Below are positions 40,379 to 48,673 of a DNA stretch of 64,000 bases, one piece after another (the stretch's first letter is position 1; every line of letters begins with the position of its first letter). The position numbers and the translations under genes were made by a program. The stretch comes from an uncultured Gemmatimonadales bacterium (lineage in GTDB: Bacteria; Gemmatimonadota; Gemmatimonadetes; Gemmatimonadales; Gemmatimonadaceae): NCBI GenBank assembly GCA_963707505.1, contig CAVPQB010000004.1, forward strand, positions 1,184,001 to 1,248,000, read 5' to 3'. The notes below the pieces were generated by a model. It ran no database searches, was not told the origin of the DNA, and worked only from the letters and a program-made list of their open reading frames with translations.

Positions 40379-40400
40379 CGGTGAATTCCAGTGGTTGTTA

Positions 40401-41267
40401 CTACGCGCCGGACGTGACCTGGCTGTGATTCAACGTCGCGACGAGTACGACGCCGCCAATGACGTTGCCTATTATCGCCGGAATGAGAAAGCCGCCAAGC
40501 ATCGCACTCCAGCTGGCCGCGCCGGTCAACGCAAGGTAGAACGACTCGACCGCCCCTGCAATCGAGTGACGAAATCCAAACGCCGCGATCGGAGCGGTCG
40601 TTATCCATATGTACAGCACCTGCGTGCCCGTCGCACGCGTTGACGATACCAGCCACGCCATGAGCGCCACGAGCCAGCCGCCGAATATCGCGCGGTATAT
40701 GACCAGAGCGAAGCCACCATCCGTGCCACGCGTCGCCACGTTCAGAAGCGCGCGCTGCATGGGTTCATCCAACAATGGTGTTCTGGCCGCGAGCGTGGCG
40801 AATATCGCCGCTCCGATGAGATTGCCAACCAGTACGATCATCCACAATCGCAGCAGGCGCACAAACGTCTTCCGGTCACGCCGTTGCAGGAAGGGTATGA
40901 CGGGCTCGAGTGTGTTCTCGGTGAACAGCTGATTGCGAGCCTGCACCACGAAGATGAATCCGAGTGGATATCCCGCTGCGATCGCAGCGGGCGCATACGC
41001 CGGTGGAACCCAGAGCGTGAGGTATGCGGCTGCAAGAAAGCTGAACCCGATCGTAAGCCCGGCCGCGAGCGCGGACCATCCGAGGTCGCTTGCTGGTCGC
41101 CGCATTTCCTCCTCGGCGACCACGCGTACGTTCTCGTGGATTTCCGCCGCCGAGAGACGAGTGCCGGTGGCCGGAGTCGTGGTGTCAGCGGACTGCTGCG
41201 ACTCGTGATTCTGCGAAGCCTCGGGATTCTCCGACGGCCTGGGTTTTGACTCCGGCGTGACGCTCAC
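40401..41267 (-). CDS. Formate/nitrite transporter family protein (YfdC-like)
   Basis: YPLGFIFV, QLFTENTL, GNLIG, HSIAG, GNVIGG. Confidence 0.92.
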   Translation of the reverse strand: MSVTPESKPRPSENPEASQNHESQQSADTTTPATGTRLSAAEIHENVRVVAEEEMRRPASDLGWSALAAGLTIGFSFLAAAYLTLWVPPAYAPAAIAAGYPLGFIFVVQARNQLFTENTLEPVIPFLQRRDRKTFVRLLRLWMIVLVGNLIGAAIFATLAARTPLLDEPMQRALLNVATRGTDGGFALVIYRAIFGGWLVALMAWLVSSTRATGTQVLYIWITTAPIAAFGFRHSIAGAVESFYLALTGAASWSAMLGGFLIPAIIGNVIGGVVLVATLNHSQVTSGA

Positions 41268-41788
41268 TATTTTCCGCCGCCTTTCGCGGCAGGAGTGCCC
41301 TTTCTCTGTTGCTCGTTCGGTACTATCCCGAGTGCGGTGGCAAGATCGATCTGGTGATCCTGCTCCTGCTTAACGATCTCACGTAATACCTCCCCCAGCG
41401 CGTATTCTCCGAGTGCGTCGGCCTGCCTGATCCGTTCGCGGTAATTGCGAATCGTGTCATCTTCGGCCTTGAGATCGAGGCGCAGCATTCCCTCGTTGTC
41501 TTCTGATACTTCGATCGGTTTGGGTTCGTGCACCGGGTATTCGCCGAAATAATCCAGCTGTCGTGCGATTGCGAGCGCGTGATCGAGCTCCTGATGCGCG
41601 TGCTCCGTGAGCTGGTCGGCGATGTTCATGAATCGCGCCGAGTCGAGCTTCTGACTGAAGATCACGTACTGGATGATCGCCTTGTACTCGCGGGCGATGT
41701 CGTCCTGCAGCCCCTGGATCAGCTGGTCTCTGGTTACCTGCGTCGGCTGCGTGCTGGGCGCAGTTGCGCCTGCCCCTTTCGTCGCCAT
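41267..41788 (-). CDS. Ferritin-like / bacterioferritin-family protein
   Basis: DIAREYKAIIQY, QELDHA, KAEDDTI, QEQDHQ di-iron ligand pattern. Confidence 0.9.
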   Translation of the reverse strand: MATKGAGATAPSTQPTQVTRDQLIQGLQDDIAREYKAIIQYVIFSQKLDSARFMNIADQLTEHAHQELDHALAIARQLDYFGEYPVHEPKPIEVSEDNEGMLRLDLKAEDDTIRNYRERIRQADALGEYALGEVLREIVKQEQDHQIDLATALGIVPNEQQRKGTPAAKGGGK

Positions 41789-41841
41789 TTTGGAATTACG
41801 TTGGAGTTAGATGAGTGACCTGCATTATGATCAATGGATGA

Positions 41842-41857
41842 AGCAGGAAGCTTGCCG
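41842..41857 (-). promoter_or_regulatory. Sigma54-like -24/-12 motif
   Basis: Minus strand CGGCAAGCTTCCTGCT about 55 nt upstream of the ferritin-like gene. Confidence 0.45.
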
Positions 41858-41917
41858 GCGCCCAGCGCGGATCGGGCGGGGAAGACCGCCTGCGCGATAC
41901 TCGCGTAGAGGAGCGGC

Positions 41918-42277
41918 GTGACGGTAACGACGAAGCGGGCCTACGACGCGCCAGCCGAGGCGGACGGTTATCGCGTGCTGGTCGACCGGCTCTGGCCGCG
42001 CGGAGTGTCGAAGGCAACGGCGCAGATCGACGCGTGGGAAAAGGACATCGCTCCGTCGACGGAGCTACGGCAGTGGTACGGCCACGATCCTGCGAAATGG
42101 CCCGACTTTCAGAAGCGCTATCGCCGTGAGCTGGAGGCCGCACCTGCCGCGGCAGTATTGGACGATCTGGTGCGCCGGGCTCGGCGTGGACGCGTCACGC
42201 TGGTCTACGCATCGCACGCTGGCGAGATCAGCAACGCCGCGGTGCTCGCAGCGATCCTCAATCAGCGAGCTTCCTGA
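41918..42277 (+). CDS. DUF488 (YeaO-like) protein, copy 2
   Basis: KRAYD, DGYRVLVDRLWPRGVSK, APSTELRQWYGHDP. Confidence 0.92.
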   Translation: MTVTTKRAYDAPAEADGYRVLVDRLWPRGVSKATAQIDAWEKDIAPSTELRQWYGHDPAKWPDFQKRYRRELEAAPAAAVLDDLVRRARRGRVTLVYASHAGEISNAAVLAAILNQRAS

Positions 42278-42482
42278 GCGCAGATCCCTTGTGCATTGCG
42301 ATGTGATCGGTGGTGTCGCTCCTGATCTCGTACTGCGGATCGTCCTTCGTTGCATGGACGGTGTAGCCCTTGAACTGAATGTTCGAGGTCACCACGCGCG
42401 TGATGTGGCCCCGAACTCTGCCGGCCTCGGAGTTCCAGCTCACGTGGTCGCCACGCTTGAAGCGCTTGGTGTTGGCAGTCAT
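42258..42482 (-). CDS. DUF2945 (HVA1/Tudor-like) small protein
   Basis: FKRGDHVSWNSEAG ... PQYEIRSDTTDHIAMHKGSAL; RBS GGAG. Confidence 0.88.
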   Translation of the reverse strand: MTANTKRFKRGDHVSWNSEAGRVRGHITRVVTSNIQFKGYTVHATKDDPQYEIRSDTTDHIAMHKGSALRKLAD

Positions 42483-42517
42483 GGTCTACTTTCTCCGTTG
42501 CCCGATGCATCAGGCGT

Positions 42518-42533
42518 CGCAATCCCGGTGCCG
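42518..42533 (-). promoter_or_regulatory. Sigma54 -24/-12 promoter motif
   Basis: Minus strand CGGCACCGGGATTGCG (GGCAC...TTGC, exact spacing) about 35 nt upstream of the DUF2945 ATG. Confidence 0.6.
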
Positions 42534-42683
42534 TCCGCTATCGGCCATAGCCCGTCAAGGGCTATATTTGACGTGCTCAGACCCCGCTACGCGTCTGGTT
42601 AGCCGCCAGGGTTGCCGACGCGGCTGAAGATGCGCTTGCGGCAGGGGCGAGATGCAGTCCATAATATGTAAACCTATAAATTC

Positions 42684-43343
42684 ATGACAAAAACTGGATC
42701 GCTGGCGCCATTCGACGGAGACGTCGCCGAGGAGCGCTTTTCGGAGCTTTTCGACCGCTACAAGCAGCACCTCGCGTGGGTCGGCGTGGTGATAATCCTC
42801 GCAGGTGTGGGCGTCTGGTTCTACCTGAGGTCGGAATCGATCAAGTCGCAGCGGGCGGAGGCGGCTTACGAGGCAGCGATCCAGAGCGTGTCGTCCGGCA
42901 ACCTGCCGTTGGCGCAGTCCGATCTCAAGAAGGCGGCGGTTCGCTATGCAGGCACCAACGGTGGCACCGAGAGCTCCATGGCGCTGGCCAAGATCTACTA
43001 CCAGCAGGGCAAGTATCAGGACGGCATTTCGGCACTGACGGATGCGGCATCGAAAAAGGGAGACCTGCAGTACGAGGCTCGGCTCCTGACTGCCTCGGGC
43101 TATGAAGGTCTGAACAAGTGGGCCGAAGCCGCCAAGGAGTACGAGGCAGCCGCCGACGTCGCGCGGTTCGACGCTGACAAGGCCGGTGCGCGAGCGATGG
43201 CAGCACGCGCCTACCAGGCGGGCGGAAACAAGGCGGCAGCGACCAAGATCTGGACCGATCTGCTGGCCGACCCCAAGAGCACATTCGCGACGGAAGCACA
43301 GATCCGTCTTGGCGAACTTGAGGCAGCGCCAATCAAGACCTGA
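42684..43343 (+). CDS. Single-TM TPR protein (YfgM-like)
   Basis: N-terminal TM followed by Ala-rich TPR-like helices (LAKIYYQQGKYQD). Confidence 0.8.
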   Translation: MTKTGSLAPFDGDVAEERFSELFDRYKQHLAWVGVVIILAGVGVWFYLRSESIKSQRAEAAYEAAIQSVSSGNLPLAQSDLKKAAVRYAGTNGGTESSMALAKIYYQQGKYQDGISALTDAASKKGDLQYEARLLTASGYEGLNKWAEAAKEYEAAADVARFDADKAGARAMAARAYQAGGNKAAATKIWTDLLADPKSTFATEAQIRLGELEAAPIKT

Positions 43344-43368
43344 TCCGAGACTTCACAAAGTGGATGAG

Positions 43369-43399
43369 AAGGCCGCCCGATTCGGGGCGGCTTTTTTTT
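43369..43399 (+). terminator. Rho-independent terminator
   Basis: AAGGCCGCCC-GATTCG-GGGCGGC followed by T8. Confidence 0.9.
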
Positions 43400-43529
43400 G
43401 GCCGGCGGTCGACGGTGAGCGACTCTACCTGCGAACCGTCGTCATGCAGGAGAAGGCCGGGTCCGCTGAATGGCGTCGTCGCAACCTTTGGCGGGATCGC
43501 GACCGTCCACGTGCGCGGCCTCCCTCCGC

Positions 43530-43588
43530 CCGATGTGCCGCGATGTGCCGATGTGCCGATTCACCGATGTGCCATTTGCCGATTGTGC
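43530..43588. repeat. Degenerate 8-nt repeats (CCGATGTG)
   Basis: CGATGTGCC recurs at least four times with variants. Confidence 0.65.
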
Positions 43589-43687
43589 AGCGATCGACCC
43601 GCGATCCGTTTAGCGGAGGAGGGCCACCGATCATGCGTTCGAGATCTATCAGGATCCAGCCAGTAGCGCGCCGGCATCACGAATTGA

Positions 43688-43715
43688 GGTGCGTATAATA
43701 TGGATTATGTAAACT
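43688..43715. other. dif: dif site (XerC/XerD chromosome dimer resolution site)
   Basis: GGTGCGTATAA-TATGGA-TTATGTAAACT versus E. coli dif GGTGCGCATAA-TGTATA-TTATGTTAAAT (10/11 and 9/11 arm matches); intergenic; at the gene-orientation switch. Confidence 0.9.
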
Positions 43716-43742
43716 AAATAATGTGGGAAATGTGGGAAAACC

Positions 43743-44567
43743 CTACAAATCCCCCAACGTCCCCTCGAACACCAGCCGGCCTTCGCCCCTCAACGACGCC
43801 TTCCAAACCCCCTCAGAGCCTCGTACGGACCGAATTCCCAGCGTCCCGCCGGATGCGGTCTCGAGCTCCACGTCATCGCCAGCTTCGCCCCAGAGCCTCA
43901 GCAGAATCGCCGTCGCAACACTCCCGGTGCCACACGCCAGCGTCTCGCCCTCGACGCCGCGCTCGAATGTCCGGATGTGCCATCCGTCGTGATCCTTACT
44001 CACAAAATTCACGTTTGCGCCGGCCTCGAGCGAACCGTGATTTCTGACGTACCTGCCACGTCCCATCACATCGCACAGCGCGACATCCGCCACCCGAATC
44101 ACCACGTGCGGTATTCCAGCGACGGCGAAGCCGAGCCGCTCCTCGCCCCGGTCGCGCTCGATGGCCGCCACGTCCGGTTCCGTCTGACGTATGTCCGGGA
44201 GGTCGAATTCTGGCCTTCCTGCCCGTATTCGAGCCCGGAGAACCCCGGTTCCCGTCTCGAGCGCGAAGCCCGAGGGGTCCACGGCCCCCAGCTTCGCAGC
44301 CAGGCTCGACGTGCACAACGTCGCGTTGCCGCAAAGATCCGCGAGCGTTCCGTCCGCGTTGAAATAGGTCAGCGCGATATCTGCAGCGGGATTTCTGGGC
44401 TTTGTGAGGATCACGAGACCATCAGCTCCGACACCCGTCCCACGGGCGCAGATGCGTTGGATTACCGGCGGGCCCTCGAACTCGCCTGCCGGCTCGCTTC
44501 GGCCGTCGACGAAGACGAAGTCGTTGCCCGACCCGGTCATCTTCCAGAAATGCCGACCCTCGACCAT
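43743..44567 (-). CDS. dapF: Diaminopimelate epimerase
   Basis: KMTGSGNDF, GADG, LCGNA, RTFERGVEGETLACGTG. Confidence 0.97.
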   Translation of the reverse strand: MVEGRHFWKMTGSGNDFVFVDGRSEPAGEFEGPPVIQRICARGTGVGADGLVILTKPRNPAADIALTYFNADGTLADLCGNATLCTSSLAAKLGAVDPSGFALETGTGVLRARIRAGRPEFDLPDIRQTEPDVAAIERDRGEERLGFAVAGIPHVVIRVADVALCDVMGRGRYVRNHGSLEAGANVNFVSKDHDGWHIRTFERGVEGETLACGTGSVATAILLRLWGEAGDDVELETASGGTLGIRSVRGSEGVWKASLRGEGRLVFEGTLGDL

Positions 44568-44569
44568 CG

Positions 44570-45310
44570 CTAGATCTTCCTGGTGATCGCCTGCCATCTG
44601 AGTCGCCAGACCATCCATATGGCCTCGCGGACTATCTGTTTCGACATCTTGCTCTCGCCCAGGGTCCGGTCGTGGAAGACGATCGGAATCTCCTTGATCT
44701 TGAAACCACGCTTCCAGGCCCTGTAGCTCATCTCGATCTGAAACGCGTAACCGTTTGAATGGACAGCATTTAGATCGATCTCCTCAAGTACTTTCCGCCT
44801 GAATGCCTTGAAGCCGCCGGTCGCGTCGAAGACCGGGAGACGGGTCACGGCACGAGCATAGATGTTGGCCATGTAGCTCATCACCAACCGGCCGATCGGC
44901 CAGTTGACCACCGTCACCCTGCCATCCTGATAACGCGACCCGAGCACGATGTCGGCGTCGTCGATAGCTCGGAGAAACTGGGGGATGTGCCTGGGGTCGT
45001 GGGAGAAGTCGGCATCCATCTCGAAAGCCACGTCGTAGTGGCGCTCGATCGCCCACCTGAACCCTGCGAGGTAGGCGGTGCCGAGTCCCATCTTCGCGGC
45101 GCGCTCGACAAGGTGGATGCGCGGGCTCGCGGCGGCCATGTCGACGACCACCTGCCCCGTGCCATCCGGCGAGCCGTCGTCGACGACGAGCACGTCGATA
45201 CGCGGGTCCTGATCGAGGATCAGCGGGACGATGCGTGAGACGTTGTCTCGTTCGTTGTACGTAGGTACGATGACGAGGACGTGCTTGATTGGCGGCCGGT
45301 GCTCAGGCAA
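44570..45310 (-). CDS. Polyprenol-phosphate mannose synthase-like GT2
   Basis: VPTYNERDN, DDGSPDGT, GLGTAY, MDADFSH, GYAFQIEM; TTG start inferred from the GGAG RBS. Confidence 0.92.
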   Translation of the reverse strand: MPEHRPPIKHVLVIVPTYNERDNVSRIVPLILDQDPRIDVLVVDDGSPDGTGQVVVDMAAASPRIHLVERAAKMGLGTAYLAGFRWAIERHYDVAFEMDADFSHDPRHIPQFLRAIDDADIVLGSRYQDGRVTVVNWPIGRLVMSYMANIYARAVTRLPVFDATGGFKAFRRKVLEEIDLNAVHSNGYAFQIEMSYRAWKRGFKIKEIPIVFHDRTLGESKMSKQIVREAIWMVWRLRWQAITRKI

Positions 45311-47747
45311 CGCGTCGTCGCTCCATAATGACGCCACCGGTCAGCGCGATCAGCGCGATGATGATGGCGATCCAGGTAACGGTCTTCCCCGTTTCGTACG
45401 GTGCGCTCGTAAAGGCGAGTTCGATCTTCCGTGCTCCGGGCGGAAGCTCCACCCCGATCATGCTGTACTGCGCTCGGCCTATATGCGCCGGCTTGCCGTC
45501 GACCGTCGCATGCCAACCTGGATAATAATTCTCGGAGACCACCAGCGCTGAGCCCGACGGTGCGTCACGGTCGAGCGTGAGCGACATTTTGCCGGGCCCA
45601 TACGAATCGACGTGCGCGACGATGCCCGTCGGCGCAGGTAGTGCCGTCACTGGCGGTCCGGCGGTCACAGGTGCTTCGGGATCGAAGAGAGCCGCGGTCT
45701 CGACGTCGAAGCGGGGGTTCATGATGGTGGCAAGCACCGCATCGTCGGCCGCTTTCACGATCACGGGAGCGACCCACGCGAACGGCGCCGAGCCAGGCAG
45801 CCGGTACACGTAATTGCTCTGCCCGCTCGCGTCTTCGGTCGATGGGCCAGCGACCTGGACGACGCCTGGTAACACGTTGGCGAGCTCGTGACCGTTGCTC
45901 AGGATGTACTGGGTGGCGGTGAGCCGACGGATGTTCGCATTCGTTATTATCTGACGCGTGGTTTCGGGTCCGGGGCCAGCGCCCTGCTCGATCGCCACGA
46001 GTGTATTGTAGCGTGCGATCTCATTCCCGTGATACCCGATCACGTTGAGCGCACGATGCGTCATCAGCTCGGCACCCGAATACAATGCGTCGTCGCCGCC
46101 ATTCTGTATCTCGACCGGTACCACGCGGCCCGGCTGCGGCAGGTTGCCGAGGTATTTCGTGGCGGCATCCGAGGCGTAAAGCTGGCGTGCCGGCGGCGAA
46201 AATACCCAGTACTGCTTGTTCACGACGAATAGGTCGAGCGCGACGAGAAGCGCGATCACTATCACGGGTCCAAATCGGCCCGCTACCTTCCGGATCTCTG
46301 CGGCCCTGAACATTGCGAGCCCTGCAAGTATCACGAAGATGAGCGAGCGAATCGCGCCGATCACGAGCGCGGTGTTGTTGGCGTCCACGACTTCGAGCCT
46401 GCTCTCGGGAGCCACGCTCCGCGCGAATGCGGTCAGCACACCTGTCGCAGCGAGCACAACTACGGCAGCAGCGGCGATCCCCCAACCCAGCACGTACTTG
46501 CGGGTTGTCTCGGACAGGAGCGCCTTCTCCACCCCGCGCGCGGCGAATACTGCAATACCCATCGTTCCGACGAAGAACACTGAATCAGGTGCGCGGAAGT
46601 ACTTGGTGCCCGGCACGAGATAGAACGGAATGTTGTAGAACGGCGTGTTGCCGCCCAACGCCCAGAGAAGTGCGATGACGATGGTGACAGCCCAGAACCA
46701 CAGCTCGCGTGAACGCCTGTCGCGCCTTATCCCGCTCAGGCCCAATCCGCCGAGCATTAGAACTACGACTCCGACGTAATCGCCCTGGAAGTGGATGCCA
46801 TTGGGCCCCCAGTAGTGATCCAGGATGCCTGTGAACTCGGGCAGATACGCGTTGAGAATCTCCTGCGGGTTCTTGGCGTAAGACGTCGCTCGCTCGTACG
46901 TACCGATGCCGGCCGCGCGCGGCGACCACGCCACGTATTCACGCACAGGGAGATACTGCACTGCGCCGATGGCGAGTCCGACCGCAACGGCAATCAGCGC
47001 GGCGGCGAGCCGCTTGAGCGCGAGCTTGCCATCACCGGTTCCGTCCCGCACCAGCCCAACGGCGAGCACTATCGCATACGCGCCGGCCGCGAGCAGCGAA
47101 TACTCGAGCAGCTGAGGGTGCGGCGCGAGGATGTCCAGGCCAACCGTGGCGGCGATAGCGCCGAGTGCCCAGAGGCGTCCGTCACGCACCCACGCTATGA
47201 TGGTCCACAGCAACAGCGGGAACAGCGCGGCGACGAATAGTTTGCCGTCGTGGCCGGGGTTCACGTACGTCGCGATGTGGCCGCTCAGCATGTACGCGAG
47301 GCCACCCACGAACGCGCCGGCGAACCCGAAGTTCGCGCGTCGCATGAACATGTACGTGAACGCGCCGGCCAGGAAAATATGGATCATGAACCCCCACGTC
47401 ATTGCGACGTCCGTGGGGAGAACCATTCTGAGCAGAAATGTTGGGTAGAAGATGTCGCCGTGCATTGCAGCGACGAACGGCATCCCACCGAACTGGTACG
47501 GGTTCCACAGCGGGAACGACCCCGTCGCCTTGAGCGTGCTGGCCGCGAATTCCCTGAAGGCGTAACCGGCGATGTACTGATCGCTATGCGGTCCGACCAG
47601 AAACTGTCCGGCGAGTGCGGGCAGGCCGAGCGCCAGCGTGGCGATTGCATACGTCACAGTCGCCCAGAGCCCGGCAAATCGAGGCTCGTAGGAGCCGATC
47701 ACCGGATCGGAGGTAAGCACTCTCTTCGCGCCAGCGGCTGCCGTCAT
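45303..47747 (-). CDS. YfhO-like GT-C membrane glycosyltransferase
   Basis: FPLWNPYQFGGMPF, many TMs, SENYYPGWHATVDG near the C-terminus; ATG overlaps the upstream stop. Confidence 0.85.
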   Translation of the reverse strand: MTAAAGAKRVLTSDPVIGSYEPRFAGLWATVTYAIATLALGLPALAGQFLVGPHSDQYIAGYAFREFAASTLKATGSFPLWNPYQFGGMPFVAAMHGDIFYPTFLLRMVLPTDVAMTWGFMIHIFLAGAFTYMFMRRANFGFAGAFVGGLAYMLSGHIATYVNPGHDGKLFVAALFPLLLWTIIAWVRDGRLWALGAIAATVGLDILAPHPQLLEYSLLAAGAYAIVLAVGLVRDGTGDGKLALKRLAAALIAVAVGLAIGAVQYLPVREYVAWSPRAAGIGTYERATSYAKNPQEILNAYLPEFTGILDHYWGPNGIHFQGDYVGVVVLMLGGLGLSGIRRDRRSRELWFWAVTIVIALLWALGGNTPFYNIPFYLVPGTKYFRAPDSVFFVGTMGIAVFAARGVEKALLSETTRKYVLGWGIAAAAVVVLAATGVLTAFARSVAPESRLEVVDANNTALVIGAIRSLIFVILAGLAMFRAAEIRKVAGRFGPVIVIALLVALDLFVVNKQYWVFSPPARQLYASDAATKYLGNLPQPGRVVPVEIQNGGDDALYSGAELMTHRALNVIGYHGNEIARYNTLVAIEQGAGPGPETTRQIITNANIRRLTATQYILSNGHELANVLPGVVQVAGPSTEDASGQSNYVYRLPGSAPFAWVAPVIVKAADDAVLATIMNPRFDVETAALFDPEAPVTAGPPVTALPAPTGIVAHVDSYGPGKMSLTLDRDAPSGSALVVSENYYPGWHATVDGKPAHIGRAQYSMIGVELPPGARKIELAFTSAPYETGKTVTWIAIIIALIALTGGVIMERRRVA

Positions 47748-48673
47748 TCGGAACGGGTTGGAGGTCGTAAGTGGCCCGCCGCGAGCGCGATGAGACCGGG
47801 TATTACTTCCAGTATGGTAAGCCACAGGCGGCTCATGACAGCGACGATTACGGCGTCGCCATACGTTGTGAGCCCCAGCAGTGGCAATCCTTCCCAGATC
47901 CCCGCCTCGCGTACTCCTATTCCCGCAGGGGCGATCAGGGTGATGAATCCAACAATATACGCCGCTGTGTATGCGGCAATGTAGAGTACGACTCCGCCGT
48001 GCACAGCGCTGCGCCCGAGGATCGCGATCGCGAACAGGCGGAAGGCCTCGCCATAGGCGCACCACGCGAAGGATGTCCCTGCGAGCGACCACCAGACGGT
48101 ACTCGACGGAATTACCGGAAGCCGAATATCCCGCTTTGTCAGCTTGCAGGCGAGGCGTACCGCGGCCGGAAGCCACATGGGAGCGGCCAGAACCCCGCAG
48201 ACCGACACGGCGGCGACTATTGCGAACACTGCGGCATGCGGCACCAGCCGCGACGCGAAGATGAGTACCAGCGCGAGACCGGAGACGAGGTTGAAGACGT
48301 TTACGATGATCGACGAGCCAGCAGCCGCGACGGACGACGCTCCCGTCTCCTTGGCCATCACGCCCAGTGCGGCAAGCGACCAGAGGTTTCCCGGAATGTA
48401 TTTGCCGAGACTCGCGGCGAACCAGATCCGCGCTGCGGTCCACCATGGCAGCTGAGTATCCCAGGCGGCAAGGACTCGGCGCCATGTCTCCACAAGGACT
48501 GCGTACGCCAGAAAGACGAGCAGCGAAGCCTCTATCAGCGCCACCCAGTCGATGTTGATCGTGGCGACGCGCTCCCCGATCATGTCCCAGCGCTTGGCGA
48601 TCGCTATGCTCGCAAAAATCACCACGAGAACGGCGAATACCAGCTGGGCAATACGCATCCACCTACTTCGCAT
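47744..48673 (-). CDS. UPF0104/LPG-synthase TM family putative flippase
   Basis: LGKYIPG and APAGIGVREA motifs, multi-TM. Confidence 0.85.
   Translation of the reverse strand: MRSRWMRIAQLVFAVLVVIFASIAIAKRWDMIGERVATINIDWVALIEASLLVFLAYAVLVETWRRVLAAWDTQLPWWTAARIWFAASLGKYIPGNLWSLAALGVMAKETGASSVAAAGSSIIVNVFNLVSGLALVLIFASRLVPHAAVFAIVAAVSVCGVLAAPMWLPAAVRLACKLTKRDIRLPVIPSSTVWWSLAGTSFAWCAYGEAFRLFAIAILGRSAVHGGVVLYIAAYTAAYIVGFITLIAPAGIGVREAGIWEGLPLLGLTTYGDAVIVAVMSRLWLTILEVIPGLIALAAGHLRPPTRSE

Noticed and set aside
42654..42681. Second dif-like sequence CATAATATGTAAAC
   Set aside because: Shares ATAAT and ATGTAAAC with dif but lacks the 11-6-11 layout; better explained as the promoter of the TPR gene (TTGCGG-18 nt-CATAAT)
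47748..48662. N-terminal 304 aa of the 1119-aa ORF 45303-48662
   Set aside because: Overlaps the flippase gene in another frame and is Arg-rich noise; the real start is the ATG at 47747 overlapping the flippase stop
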